64,000 nt of DNA from a virus, in the IMG/VR virus record IMGVR_UViG_3300037245_003526, positions 152,297 to 216,296 of that record; one strand, 5' to 3'. How positions within the stretch are numbered: the stretch's first letter is position 1; every line of letters starts with the position of its first letter. The notes under the pieces are model-generated. The model saw only the letters and a program-made list of their open reading frames with translations, was not told the DNA's origin and made no database searches. Below are positions 44,317 through 53,652 of this stretch, one piece after another. The position numbers were made by a program, and so were the translations under genes.

Positions 44317-45708
44317 ATGGCAGAAAGTGGGTATGTTTTAGCGGGTTGCGAAACTCTTTTTACAATATTAAATAATTTTTCTATTAGAAATACAAAGAAT
44401 AGATTTGAAGATCATTTTACACCTAAACAAGTTTCAGATTTTCTATCAAGTAAATGTCATGGTTTCTTACATTCATTTGGACAGAATTTTTCAGGAAAAA
44501 GAAGTTACGCAAAATATATAGATAATGAAGCAAGTATATTTGAATTTATAAGAGACTCGGGTTTTGGAGATGATTGTATATTAAAGATTGATAGCGGTGG
44601 ATTCCAAGCAAGTGTGGGAAGAATTGATAAAAGTGAAACTCAATTATTAATAGATCTTTATTATCAATTTGTAAGAGATAAACATGAAGTGTTTGATAGA
44701 GCATTTATTTTAGACTTACCACCTGGACCAGGATGTACTCTATTTGATTCATTTGATGATATATACACAAAAAATTTAGAAACATATAATATAGCTAAAA
44801 ATCTTCCTGATGAAGCTCGTAAGAAGATAGTTTATATTCATCATTTTCGAACACCAAAATTATGGGATATATATACTGATATATTAAATCAAGATGGAAT
44901 GTTTGAAGCATTTGATTATTTTGGTACTGGTGGTATCGTAGCAAATATGGCAAGTGATGTTTCTATACCATGTATCATATATGTATTACCTTTAATACCA
45001 ATCCTTAAAAAAGCAATTGAAGCAGGAAGAGATAAACTTAAATTTCATATATTAGGTGGATCAAATTTCAGAGATATATTATTTTATGAACTATTTCAAA
45101 AGCATGTTAAAGTACAGCATGGAATTGAATTAGAAATGACTTTTGATTCTAGTGGACTTTATAAAGGTCTTATGATAGGCAGATATTTTTATCATGTTGA
45201 TAATGGAATAATAAAGAAAGTTGATATAAGAAGTCCAAATCTTGATAAAAGATACAACTTCAATAAAAACGTTATTGATATATATGATGATGTAATATCT
45301 GAATTATCTATTCGAAATAATTTTAAACCAATTCCAATAAATATGAATACAGTATATGATGATGAAACTGGTACATTTTTTGAAGAAGTAAAAGTTTATA
45401 CTATGTTTTGTATGTTAGATAGATTTGCTCAAGTACAGCAATTAATGAAATCTAAGGTAGAAGAAATTTATTCATTATATGAAAATGGAGATCTTGAAGA
45501 ATTTAATAAACGTATTGAATTGATAACTAGAAATATTAATGCTGGTAAAATAACTAAAAAACAGAAAGCTAAATCAACTTCAATTATAAGATCATTAGAT
45601 ATGTTAACTGCCTTAGATACTGATAATTGTAAATATATTGTAGATAAATGTTTAGCGAAAGATGAATTCATGGAACTTGATCCAACTTCAAGACTACTTA
45701 CGGTGTAA
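44317..45708 (+). CDS. dpdA: tRNA-guanine transglycosylase (TGT)-family protein, DpdA-like (putative DNA 7-deazaguanine transglycosylase)
   Basis: ILKIDSGGFQASVG matches the TGT DSGGFQ motif; sits beside queE, the hydroxymethylase and the HD hydrolase. Confidence 0.5.
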   Translation: MAESGYVLAGCETLFTILNNFSIRNTKNRFEDHFTPKQVSDFLSSKCHGFLHSFGQNFSGKRSYAKYIDNEASIFEFIRDSGFGDDCILKIDSGGFQASVGRIDKSETQLLIDLYYQFVRDKHEVFDRAFILDLPPGPGCTLFDSFDDIYTKNLETYNIAKNLPDEARKKIVYIHHFRTPKLWDIYTDILNQDGMFEAFDYFGTGGIVANMASDVSIPCIIYVLPLIPILKKAIEAGRDKLKFHILGGSNFRDILFYELFQKHVKVQHGIELEMTFDSSGLYKGLMIGRYFYHVDNGIIKKVDIRSPNLDKRYNFNKNVIDIYDDVISELSIRNNFKPIPINMNTVYDDETGTFFEEVKVYTMFCMLDRFAQVQQLMKSKVEEIYSLYENGDLEEFNKRIELITRNINAGKITKKQKAKSTSIIRSLDMLTALDTDNCKYIVDKCLAKDEFMELDPTSRLLTV

Positions 45709-45709
45709 T

Positions 45710-45925
45710 ATGAAACTAGAAAAATGGGAAACTAAATGTGATCTATGTAGAGGTAAAAAAAAGATTCTTGCAAGAGATAATCCACATTCATATATATATG
45801 TTCATGGTGCAAAAGTAACATGTTCAAAATGTAACGGTACTGGAAAACTTGATTTTATCGAAAAGATAGTTGGGAAAAAATCAGGTAAAGTTAAAATGAG
45901 AAAAGTAGGAGTTTATCATAGATGA
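45710..45925 (+). CDS. DnaJ-type zinc-finger family protein, tandem paralogue 1
   Basis: KLEKWETKCDLCRGKKK...CSKCNGTGKLDFIEKIVGKK; start placed at an internal Met 2 nt after the upstream stop. Confidence 0.45.
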   Translation: MKLEKWETKCDLCRGKKKILARDNPHSYIYVHGAKVTCSKCNGTGKLDFIEKIVGKKSGKVKMRKVGVYHR

Positions 45926-46194
45926 CACTAAAAGAATGGGAATACGTATGTGATAAATGTAAAGGTACTGGATTATGGTGTAAAAATGATGATAAAGACT
46001 GTATTATAGATTTAAGACATTGTGACTCATATATGATAGGTACCAAACAGGGTAATCGTTGTATGTGCCCAAAATGTGATGGATGGGGTAAAGTAGATTT
46101 TATTACAAATATAGTTGGTAAAAAAAAAGTGAATGATTTAAAAATATGGGGTCAAAGAACTTTAAATTTAAGGAGAAAAATAAATGGACTTTAA
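45922..46194 (+). CDS. DnaJ-type zinc-finger family protein, tandem paralogue 2
   Basis: LKEWEYVCDKCKGTG...CPKCDGWGKVDFITNIVGKKK. Confidence 0.45.
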   Translation: MTLKEWEYVCDKCKGTGLWCKNDDKDCIIDLRHCDSYMIGTKQGNRCMCPKCDGWGKVDFITNIVGKKKVNDLKIWGQRTLNLRRKINGL

Positions 46195-46519
46195 TGAGTA
46201 TCAAGACAAATGTAGAAAGACTGCTTTTTATGCACATGGTAAGGAAGGTTTAAAAGTACTATATCCAACTCTTGGCTTAACAGGTGAGTCAGGAGAAGTA
46301 GCTGAAAAAGTAAAGAAGTTATATAGAGATAAAAATGGTGTTATTGATGATGAATTTATTACTAACATAAAAAAAGAGCTTGGAGATGTTATGTGGTATA
46401 TAGCAGCTCTATGTTCCGATTTGAATCTAAGAATGGAAGATGTTGCAAAAGAAAACATCGAGAAATTGTTAGATAGAAAATCAAGGGGCGTGCTCCATGG
46501 TGATGGAGACAACAGGTAA
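46184..46519 (+). CDS. MazG-like NTP pyrophosphohydrolase
   Basis: GLTGESGEVAEKV...ELGDVMWYIAAL are the MazG EExxE/D and helix motifs. Confidence 0.55.
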   Translation: MDFNEYQDKCRKTAFYAHGKEGLKVLYPTLGLTGESGEVAEKVKKLYRDKNGVIDDEFITNIKKELGDVMWYIAALCSDLNLRMEDVAKENIEKLLDRKSRGVLHGDGDNR

Positions 46520-46712
46520 AAGAAAACTACTTGAAGAATGGGAAGAGTGGTGTTCTAATTGTCATGGTTTTGGTCGTTTTGGATTTCATGAACCAAATAA
46601 GAATAGAGACTCGTTTCCAAAGATATGTCCTAAATGTAGAGGTACAGGAAAATTTGATTTTATCGAAAAAATAACCGGGAAAAAGAAATGGGTGTGGGGT
46701 GATGAAACTTGA
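46497..46712 (+). CDS. DnaJ-type zinc-finger family protein, tandem paralogue 3
   Basis: LLEEWEEWCSNCHGFG...CPKCRGTGKFDFIEKITGKKK. Confidence 0.45.
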   Translation: MVMETTGKRKLLEEWEEWCSNCHGFGRFGFHEPNKNRDSFPKICPKCRGTGKFDFIEKITGKKKWVWGDET

Positions 46713-47043
46713 AGAGTGGGAAGAAGCATGTGATAAATGTAAAGGTTTGGGGTGTAAATATGAATACTTAGGTAATGATAACTCATTTCCAGTACGATGT
46801 AAAAAATGTAATGGTACTGGGAAACTTGACTTTATTGAAAAAATAGTTGGGAAAAAAACTTCTGTGGCAAATTCATATACAGTACATAATTGTTCAAATA
46901 GAGATATAGAAATATATGATTTGGGTGTTAAAATTCCTAAAGGTAATACTATTGATTTATCTATTATGTTTACTAATGACCAAATAGAACAATCAGAAGA
47001 TTTAAAAACTTATACAAGGGAGGGGGTACCAAACATTGGGTAG
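46699..47043 (+). CDS. DnaJ-type zinc-finger family protein, tandem paralogue 4
   Basis: KLEEWEEACDKCKGLG...CKKCNGTGKLDFIEKIVGKK. Confidence 0.45.
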   Translation: MMKLEEWEEACDKCKGLGCKYEYLGNDNSFPVRCKKCNGTGKLDFIEKIVGKKTSVANSYTVHNCSNRDIEIYDLGVKIPKGNTIDLSIMFTNDQIEQSEDLKTYTREGVPNIG

Positions 47044-47383
47044 TATAATTACAGGAAAACCTACAATAGTTAGTCCAACTTTTAGTGTAAAAACAGCTAA
47101 ACCTGGTTATCCATTATCTACTAAAAAACTAAAAGATTATGAAGAAGTATGCGATCAATGTAATGGTTTAGGTTTAACAAAATATAGAGACAATGAATTT
47201 AATCCAATGTCATCTAGTTATAGATGTCCTAAATGTTCCGGTTTTGGTAAACTAGATTTTATTGAAAAAATTGTAGGTAAAAAATTAAAATATGGTGAAG
47301 CAGAACGAATGAGAATAGATTCATCTGGTAATGTTGGAATTGGATCAGTAGCTCCAACACAAAAATTGGAAATTAGATTATGA
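47036..47383 (+). CDS. DnaJ-type zinc-finger family protein, tandem paralogue 5 (fibre-repeat-like C-terminus)
   Basis: YEEVCDQCNGLG...CPKCSGFGKLDFIEKIVGKK; C-terminal SSGNVGIGSVAPTQKLEI resembles the phage tail-fibre repeat. Confidence 0.45.
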   Translation: MGSIITGKPTIVSPTFSVKTAKPGYPLSTKKLKDYEEVCDQCNGLGLTKYRDNEFNPMSSSYRCPKCSGFGKLDFIEKIVGKKLKYGEAERMRIDSSGNVGIGSVAPTQKLEIRL

Positions 47384-47754
47384 AAATAAAAGAATACGAA
47401 TATATATGTGACGAATGTGATGGTTTAGGATTAGTTAAAAGAAAATATGAAGAGTTTGAAGTTGTAACTAAAAGTACTACATGTCCAAAATGTTTAGGTG
47501 ACGGAAAACTTGACTTTATTGAAAATATAACTGGTAAGAAAGCTAAGACATTTACTATTGAATCTGATGCTAACCCATTTACTATTACACCTGATCCTAG
47601 TTTGTCTGGTGGAATAGTTTGGAAAGATGGAGGTGTACCAGCTGGTCCAACAGAAGGTGATGCTTATTTTGATCAAATAAAAGATTCTATGTTTGTTTAC
47701 GATGGAAAAGAATGGGTTGAAGTATGTGATCCTGTATCTATAGGAGGGGTATGA
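47380..47754 (+). CDS. DnaJ-type zinc-finger family protein, tandem paralogue 6
   Basis: YEYICDECDGLG...CPKCLGDGKLDFIENITGKK. Confidence 0.45.
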   Translation: MKIKEYEYICDECDGLGLVKRKYEEFEVVTKSTTCPKCLGDGKLDFIENITGKKAKTFTIESDANPFTITPDPSLSGGIVWKDGGVPAGPTEGDAYFDQIKDSMFVYDGKEWVEVCDPVSIGGV

Positions 47755-47757
47755 AAT

Positions 47758-49263
47758 TTGATTACTGAAACTTTTTTAAACGCATGTTTTAGTGTTATAT
47801 TAAATAAGACAATTAAAGTTAAGAAGAGTCCGGTATTATATAGAGACATATTAGCTATTCTTGACTTCTATGAAAAGAAAGAAAAATTAGATATATCTGT
47901 ATCAATAAAAACAAAATTTGAATGCTTAAAAAAGATTTGCGATCTTAAAGTTACAAATGATAAAACTAATGAAAATATTTTAGATAGTATAAGCTTTAGT
48001 GAAAAATATAAACCTTTACATGATTTTTTAGAGACGAAAGTAACTGAGATAATTACTGAACAAATAGTCCAGGATAATGTTCGTCAGATAAGATTACGAA
48101 AAAAGCTTAACTCATTATTTTCTAATTATGATTCATTATCTGATTTTCTTGAGCAACTTAAGGATGGTTCATTTGAAAGTATTGACGATTTACTATTGGA
48201 TTATGAAGCTATAATAAAGACATTGTATTCTAATATGATGTCTGAGAATAGAGGGGTTGCTATTGAAGCATCATCATCTTTAGACTTAGTAGAAGATGAT
48301 TTTGGACCTGTTCTTGATTTAATTAAGAAAAAATATTCAAGAGCTAATACTACATCTACGGGTTATAGTGTTCTTGATAATGAAGTTTTTAATGGTGGGT
48401 TTGAACCATCAAGAATATATATAATAGGTGGTTCATCTGGAGCAGGAAAATCTACGTTATTAAATAACTTCATTGTAAACTCAGCAACAAGATCATCAGA
48501 AGTTTTTGAAAAGGTAGAAGTAACTCAACCACAGAAAAATGGAATTAAGAGGGTTTATATTTATATAACTCTTGAGAACACAATTGAGGAATCTCTTTTA
48601 AGAACATATCAACCTATGTTTAATAAGAGTACAAAAGATGTTCTTAAAGATATAGAAGATGGTGTAAATATAAAAGAAAAAATATTAAATGAATTGAAAA
48701 AAACGGATAGTACAATAGTAATGAAATACTTTCCATCTAAGTCTGTATCATGTTTAGATCTAATGGAAGTATTAGATGAAGTTGCATCAGAATATGGAAG
48801 AGATACAATAAAGGGATTATATGTAGATTATTTGGATATTTTGAAAACTGATACAAGATATGATATGTACAGAATTGAACTTGGAGATATTACATTATCT
48901 TTAAAATCTCTAGCAGTTGAATATGAGATACCAGTTATAGTACCAACACAGTTAAATAAATCTGCATATGATATACAGGATTCAAGAGAATTAAGTGTTA
49001 GTCAAATTTCAGAATCTGTTAAGAAAGTAGAACATGCTGATTGTGTAATGTTATTATCAAAAGATAAAATTGACGATACTAAAGTTTATGCCCAAGTAGG
49101 AAAGAATAGAAGTGGAAAAGCAAATGTCAATTTAGAATTTAAAGTTAACTTTAGTCATTTTAAATTCTTGTCTGGAAACAAAGTATCAAATGATAAAAAA
49201 CCTGACTCAACAACAAAACAAAAAGAAATAAAAGACTTTTCAGGATTTGGAGGAGGATTTTAA
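47758..49263 (+). CDS. DnaB-like replicative DNA helicase
   Basis: Walker A IIGGSSGAGKSTLL; YVDYLDIL (DnaB H3-like); RecA-like C-terminal domain. Confidence 0.6.
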   Translation: MITETFLNACFSVILNKTIKVKKSPVLYRDILAILDFYEKKEKLDISVSIKTKFECLKKICDLKVTNDKTNENILDSISFSEKYKPLHDFLETKVTEIITEQIVQDNVRQIRLRKKLNSLFSNYDSLSDFLEQLKDGSFESIDDLLLDYEAIIKTLYSNMMSENRGVAIEASSSLDLVEDDFGPVLDLIKKKYSRANTTSTGYSVLDNEVFNGGFEPSRIYIIGGSSGAGKSTLLNNFIVNSATRSSEVFEKVEVTQPQKNGIKRVYIYITLENTIEESLLRTYQPMFNKSTKDVLKDIEDGVNIKEKILNELKKTDSTIVMKYFPSKSVSCLDLMEVLDEVASEYGRDTIKGLYVDYLDILKTDTRYDMYRIELGDITLSLKSLAVEYEIPVIVPTQLNKSAYDIQDSRELSVSQISESVKKVEHADCVMLLSKDKIDDTKVYAQVGKNRSGKANVNLEFKVNFSHFKFLSGNKVSNDKKPDSTTKQKEIKDFSGFGGGF

Positions 49264-49297
49264 AGTTACGAACTCCTTAATTTGAAGTAAAGTAGTT

Positions 49298-49316
49298 GAG
49301 AACATATTATAAATTT
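49298..49316 (+). promoter_or_regulatory. promoter-like motif GAGAACATATTATAAATTT
   Basis: GAACATAT-family motif. Confidence 0.35.
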
Positions 49317-49351
49317 ATATGTTATTATTATCTTTAAGGAGGATATGAAAA

Positions 49352-50287
49352 ATGAGTGCTAAAAGAGTAGGTTACATGGAGCTTTTAAAAGAAGCTATAA
49401 GCGAATTCGATACATCTAAAAATGTAGATGTTAAAGGTCCAATGTTAGATCCAATAATTGGTTACGATGGTGGCGGCGAGCTTCAAACACATAAAAATGT
49501 TTCTGATATACTTGAGAGATATTACTTTAATCAATCTGATGACAAAGGTGTTACAGTAGAAGATCATGATACAGTAGCTGAAGAAGTAGATCATATTGAA
49601 AAAGATGCTGTTGATGATAAAGGTAAAGCAATGCCTAAAGTAGCACCTAAATCAGATACTGACGTTGGTAAGTTAAAAGACAAAATCACTGGTGCTATGA
49701 AAGATCTTACTGGTAGTACAGAAGTCAATGAGCAAGAAGCTGACGATGAAAAAGAAGCTGAAAAAGCAGAAGAAGAAGCAGAAGAAGCTGGTGAAGAAGA
49801 AGAAGAAAAAGAAAAAGAAAAAGAAGAAGAAAAACCTCTTGACGTTGATAAAGAAATTACATCAGAAGCGGATGAGCTTGAAAATCAAGTCATCCAAAAA
49901 CTTATTGACGAGATGGAAGAGGAAGTAGGAGATGTTGTAAGTGAAGAGGAAGAATCAGTTGAAGAACAAGACTTCACAAAAGATGACTCAGGTACTGTAG
50001 CAGCTGGTGACGATGAAATGGATGATAGAGCTTTAGTTCCTGATGTTGACAAAGTTCCACCTCGGAAAGATAAAGCAGAAGCTGTTGGTCCACCTGCTGC
50101 AAAATTAGAAGCTGCTGATATTGATGAAGCAGTAGGTCCAGATTTAAGATCGTCTGCACATGACCCAGAAGATATGGGTGATAAAGAAGAATCAGTTGAA
50201 GAACAATTTGTAATCTTCAAAGAAGCTATTAAAGATGATGAAAAAGAAGAAGTAACTGATATTGATTCTAGTGAAATAAGAGTATAA
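49352..50287 (+). CDS. highly acidic low-complexity protein (E/D/K-rich)
   Basis: EEEAEEAGEEEEEKEKEKEEEKP runs; possibly an internal or scaffold-like acidic protein. Confidence 0.4.
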   Translation: MSAKRVGYMELLKEAISEFDTSKNVDVKGPMLDPIIGYDGGGELQTHKNVSDILERYYFNQSDDKGVTVEDHDTVAEEVDHIEKDAVDDKGKAMPKVAPKSDTDVGKLKDKITGAMKDLTGSTEVNEQEADDEKEAEKAEEEAEEAGEEEEEKEKEKEEEKPLDVDKEITSEADELENQVIQKLIDEMEEEVGDVVSEEEESVEEQDFTKDDSGTVAAGDDEMDDRALVPDVDKVPPRKDKAEAVGPPAAKLEAADIDEAVGPDLRSSAHDPEDMGDKEESVEEQFVIFKEAIKDDEKEEVTDIDSSEIRV

Positions 50288-50302
50288 TTTTTACTTTAAA
50301 AA

Positions 50303-50337
50303 ATGCGAGGAGTATTCAGTTACTCCTCGCATTTTTT
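50303..50337. terminator. bidirectional rho-independent terminator (12-bp perfect stem ATGCGAGGAGTA/TACTCCTCGCAT flanked by an A-run and a T-run)
   Basis: seen directly in the sequence; the start of track ORF 50303 lies inside this hairpin. Confidence 0.6.
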
Positions 50338-50359
50338 CACAGATCGAAAGGAAATAGAA

Positions 50360-50668
50360 ATGGAATATTTTACTCCAAAAAAAATTATAGTTAATGAAAA
50401 AAATCGAGTAGTAAGTATTAGAGGAAGGAATGTAAGAAGTCCTTTTGACCATATAGTTCGTTCTAAAGAAAGATATGATTTTCTTCTTAAACAACTTCAA
50501 CTTTTAAGTATAACCAATTTTAGCGTAGAAGATGTTATTAAAACAAGAGGAGCAAAATCTCTAAAGAAAGAAAAAGATAAAAAGGTTAAAACTACTATAA
50601 AAAAAACTGTGAAAAAAACTGAACCCACTTCTATGCTAGATAAACTGGCGGAGGAAGATATTGAATAA
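50360..50668 (+). CDS. hypothetical basic protein
   Basis: start moved to an Met with RBS GAAAGGAAATAGAAATG, downstream of the terminator. Confidence 0.4.
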   Translation: MEYFTPKKIIVNEKNRVVSIRGRNVRSPFDHIVRSKERYDFLLKQLQLLSITNFSVEDVIKTRGAKSLKKEKDKKVKTTIKKTVKKTEPTSMLDKLAEEDIE

Positions 50669-50679
50669 GGGAAAAATTT

Positions 50680-50979
50680 ATGAAACAAATACTTATCGAA
50701 AAAAAGAATGGCCCGCCAATAATTCTAACTGATGATGATGATACTGAAATTTCTGACTACACCAAAAAGTGTTCAGAGTTACTTGAGTTAAGTAATGTAT
50801 CAATTATAGAAACATCTTCTTCTAGCGCAATTATTAGACCTAAAGAAGTAACATCTATAGTAATTTCTGAATTATCAAATGAAGAAAGTGGACCAGTAAT
50901 AGATAGTTCCAAAACTAAAAAATCTGTAGAAGCTAATACTATTTCTGACGATGAAGATTATATTACGGATGAAGAATAA
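50680..50979 (+). CDS. hypothetical acidic protein
   Basis: ORF. Confidence 0.35.
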   Translation: MKQILIEKKNGPPIILTDDDDTEISDYTKKCSELLELSNVSIIETSSSSAIIRPKEVTSIVISELSNEESGPVIDSSKTKKSVEANTISDDEDYITDEE

Positions 50980-51416
50980 TGCAAATATTTTATATAGTTT
51001 CTTTAACAATAATATTATTGACACTACAAATTATTTTCTTTTTTGGTGTCAAAAAATTCTTACATTATAAAGAATTACAAAGACGACAAAGTTATGTAAT
51101 TCAATATCCACATTATAAAGTTCTTTTTGATTCATTTCTTGAAAAAGCTTTTGATATAATTTATAAAGATAGAATTTTAGTATTTTCAATGGAAGGAACC
51201 AAACCTTCAGAAAAAGATTTTAATAGATATTCAGTTGACTTTATAAATTTAGTGTTAAAATTATTGGGACCAAATTTAAAAGAAGAACTTGTATATCTAT
51301 ATGGTAATGAGGAAACACTTCTTTTTACTATGGCTGAATATTTTAATACTAAATCTGAGGACGATGAAATTAAACAAGCATCTATAGATAAACTTATGGA
51401 TGAAGATATTGTTTAA
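50979..51416 (+). CDS. hypothetical protein with N-terminal TM helix
   Basis: ORF. Confidence 0.35.
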   Translation: MQIFYIVSLTIILLTLQIIFFFGVKKFLHYKELQRRQSYVIQYPHYKVLFDSFLEKAFDIIYKDRILVFSMEGTKPSEKDFNRYSVDFINLVLKLLGPNLKEELVYLYGNEETLLFTMAEYFNTKSEDDEIKQASIDKLMDEDIV

Positions 51417-51432
51417 TAAATAGGGGAAAAAT

Positions 51433-53295
51433 ATGGGAATTTCAAATATTTATCAAAACCTTAAAATGCAAATAGCAGGAACTAAAACTACAAGCATTGA
51501 TCAAAAATTAGATCAAGCTGTTACAGATATAACCAATTATAAATCACAGAGTGGAAGAAATGGTTATATAGATTTAGTTAGAAATCTAATATCAAAAACT
51601 GCATCAGGTATTGATATAGATACTAATAAAGGAGTATTCAGTCAAGGAGCAAGTCCAGCAACATTTGGTCAAGCTGTTAGATTAACTAGATATAAAACAT
51701 TTGAAGGAACTGCTAATCTTATAAATTACTGTTATAGAGCTTTAGAAGTTTTAACTGATAATATTATTTCTCCTGATGATATAACAAAAGCTGTTCTTGA
51801 AATAAATCCAAAAAAGTTTTTAGAAGATGAAACACCAACTGAAGCAAAAACAAAAGAAGTAGAAGGTGTAATTAAGAGTATAAAATTAGAAGAGAATCTT
51901 AATATAATTGTAAAAAATACATTGATGTTGGGTGACTTCTTTTGTGAAATTGCTGATGCAAAAACAGCTCTTTCAAGTAAGGCATATTTAGCAGAGGATT
52001 ATTTAATAAATGAATCCACAGCTATTTCTGAAGGAAGAAAAGAAATAATAACTTCCGGTGAGTATCAAATAAATATAGACTATACTCATTATTTGGAAGC
52101 CAAAACAGGTGATGTAAATGCTAAAAAAGTTCATCTAGTGTTTCATGATCCAGCGAGAGTAGTAAAATTACAAAGTGAACTTTATCCTCTTTGTTTCGGG
52201 TATTTAGCTTTTCCTAAAATGACTATGTTACCTGGAGTAACTGTAGCAGATCATGCTATTAATGATATATGTGGAAGCATTGTAAAAAGTTTAGAGAAAA
52301 AAATACCTCAAATGAAAGAATTTAATACTAAAGAATTAAAAGATATTATTGCCACATTAGTAGATTCAACTCAAACTACAAGTAAGATTTTAAATATAAG
52401 ATATGTCCCACCTGATAAAATGCAACATTTTATGAGACCAACAATAAAATATTATCCTTATGGAGAATCAATTTTCGATTCATGTCAATTCACAGCTAAA
52501 TGTTTAATAGCTATGGAAACCGCATTAACAGTACAAAGAATAGCAAGGTCAACAGAAAAAAGAAAAATAGCTGTTGAAATTGGACTACCAAGAGATGCTA
52601 AGAAAATGATTGAAAAGTTGAAAGAAGAATTTAGAAAAAGAAAAATATCCATTGACTCATATGGATCCATTGATACAATCCCCTCAATGATCTCAACTTT
52701 TGAAGATGTGTATATACCTCAAAAAGATGGTAAACCTTTTGTAGATATAAGTACGTTTACTGAAGGAAATGTAGATGTAAGACAAAAAGTAGATGAGTTG
52801 AAATTCCTAAGAGATTCAGTTGTTGCTTCTCTTGGAGTTCCGTCAGCATTTATTAATATTGAAGAAAATCTATCAAATAAAGCTGCTCTATCTGAAGAGA
52901 ATATTTTATTTGCTAGAACTATTATAGGTCACCAAAAATATTTGACTCATCAAGTAAATGAGTTAATACAAAAAGTTTTTGATATTATCAAACCAGATGC
53001 AGCACTTTCTATACTTGATAATGTCGCTATAGCATTCCCAACACCAAAATCATTACAGTTCGAAAGAGAAGCTAGATATATGAGTGAACTTGCTAATCTA
53101 GTTGAAACATTAGAACGTATTGGAATACCAAAAGAATTCTCAAAGAAAAAATACCTTACAGGAATTGATTGGAAAGAACTTAAAAATTTCGATGTTGATG
53201 GAAAGATAAGTAAAGAATTAGGAACCTCAGATGAAGAAGAAGATCCTCTTGGTGGTGGTGGTGGAGGAATGGGTGGAATGGGTGGAGGTTACTAA
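51433..53295 (+). CDS. putative portal protein (Gly/Met-rich C-terminal tail)
   Basis: 620 aa, located upstream of the protease, scaffold and major capsid genes; call is by position and size only. Confidence 0.4.
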   Translation: MGISNIYQNLKMQIAGTKTTSIDQKLDQAVTDITNYKSQSGRNGYIDLVRNLISKTASGIDIDTNKGVFSQGASPATFGQAVRLTRYKTFEGTANLINYCYRALEVLTDNIISPDDITKAVLEINPKKFLEDETPTEAKTKEVEGVIKSIKLEENLNIIVKNTLMLGDFFCEIADAKTALSSKAYLAEDYLINESTAISEGRKEIITSGEYQINIDYTHYLEAKTGDVNAKKVHLVFHDPARVVKLQSELYPLCFGYLAFPKMTMLPGVTVADHAINDICGSIVKSLEKKIPQMKEFNTKELKDIIATLVDSTQTTSKILNIRYVPPDKMQHFMRPTIKYYPYGESIFDSCQFTAKCLIAMETALTVQRIARSTEKRKIAVEIGLPRDAKKMIEKLKEEFRKRKISIDSYGSIDTIPSMISTFEDVYIPQKDGKPFVDISTFTEGNVDVRQKVDELKFLRDSVVASLGVPSAFINIEENLSNKAALSEENILFARTIIGHQKYLTHQVNELIQKVFDIIKPDAALSILDNVAIAFPTPKSLQFEREARYMSELANLVETLERIGIPKEFSKKKYLTGIDWKELKNFDVDGKISKELGTSDEEEDPLGGGGGGMGGMGGGY

Positions 53296-53353
53296 AAATT
53301 AGTTAGAACAAATATTAAAGATAGTAAGTTCATACCTTTAGGAGGAATTAAAA

Positions 53354-53578
53354 ATGGGAACATATGCAAGATTATGTTATGTATGTAAAGAAAATCGTGG
53401 AACAATAGGAATGCCTTATATGAAATCTGATGTTACACAGAAATTTATAGCAGGTACTCAATCAGAGATAATTATACATACCTGTCCAATTTGTGGTAGT
53501 GTAGAAACTGAAACTGATGACTTTTCTCAAGCTGGTGGAGTTTATAATAGTGGAGTTGCTCAAGGTCCAACTGCTTAA
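53354..53578 (+). CDS. small zinc-ribbon protein
   Basis: CYVCKE...CPICGS. Confidence 0.35.
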   Translation: MGTYARLCYVCKENRGTIGMPYMKSDVTQKFIAGTQSEIIIHTCPICGSVETETDDFSQAGGVYNSGVAQGPTA

Positions 53579-53652
53579 TAAACAATAATTATTTTAGGGG
53601 AGGTAAGTACCGGCGAGGGAAACCCCCCTATTATAATTTAAAAGGACCTATT

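Noticed and set aside
49728-50220. K-rich +ORF 49728..49928 and minus ORFs 49885..50220, 49974..50159
   Set aside because: They are frameshifted or antisense readings of the GAA/AAG-repeat acidic protein gene.
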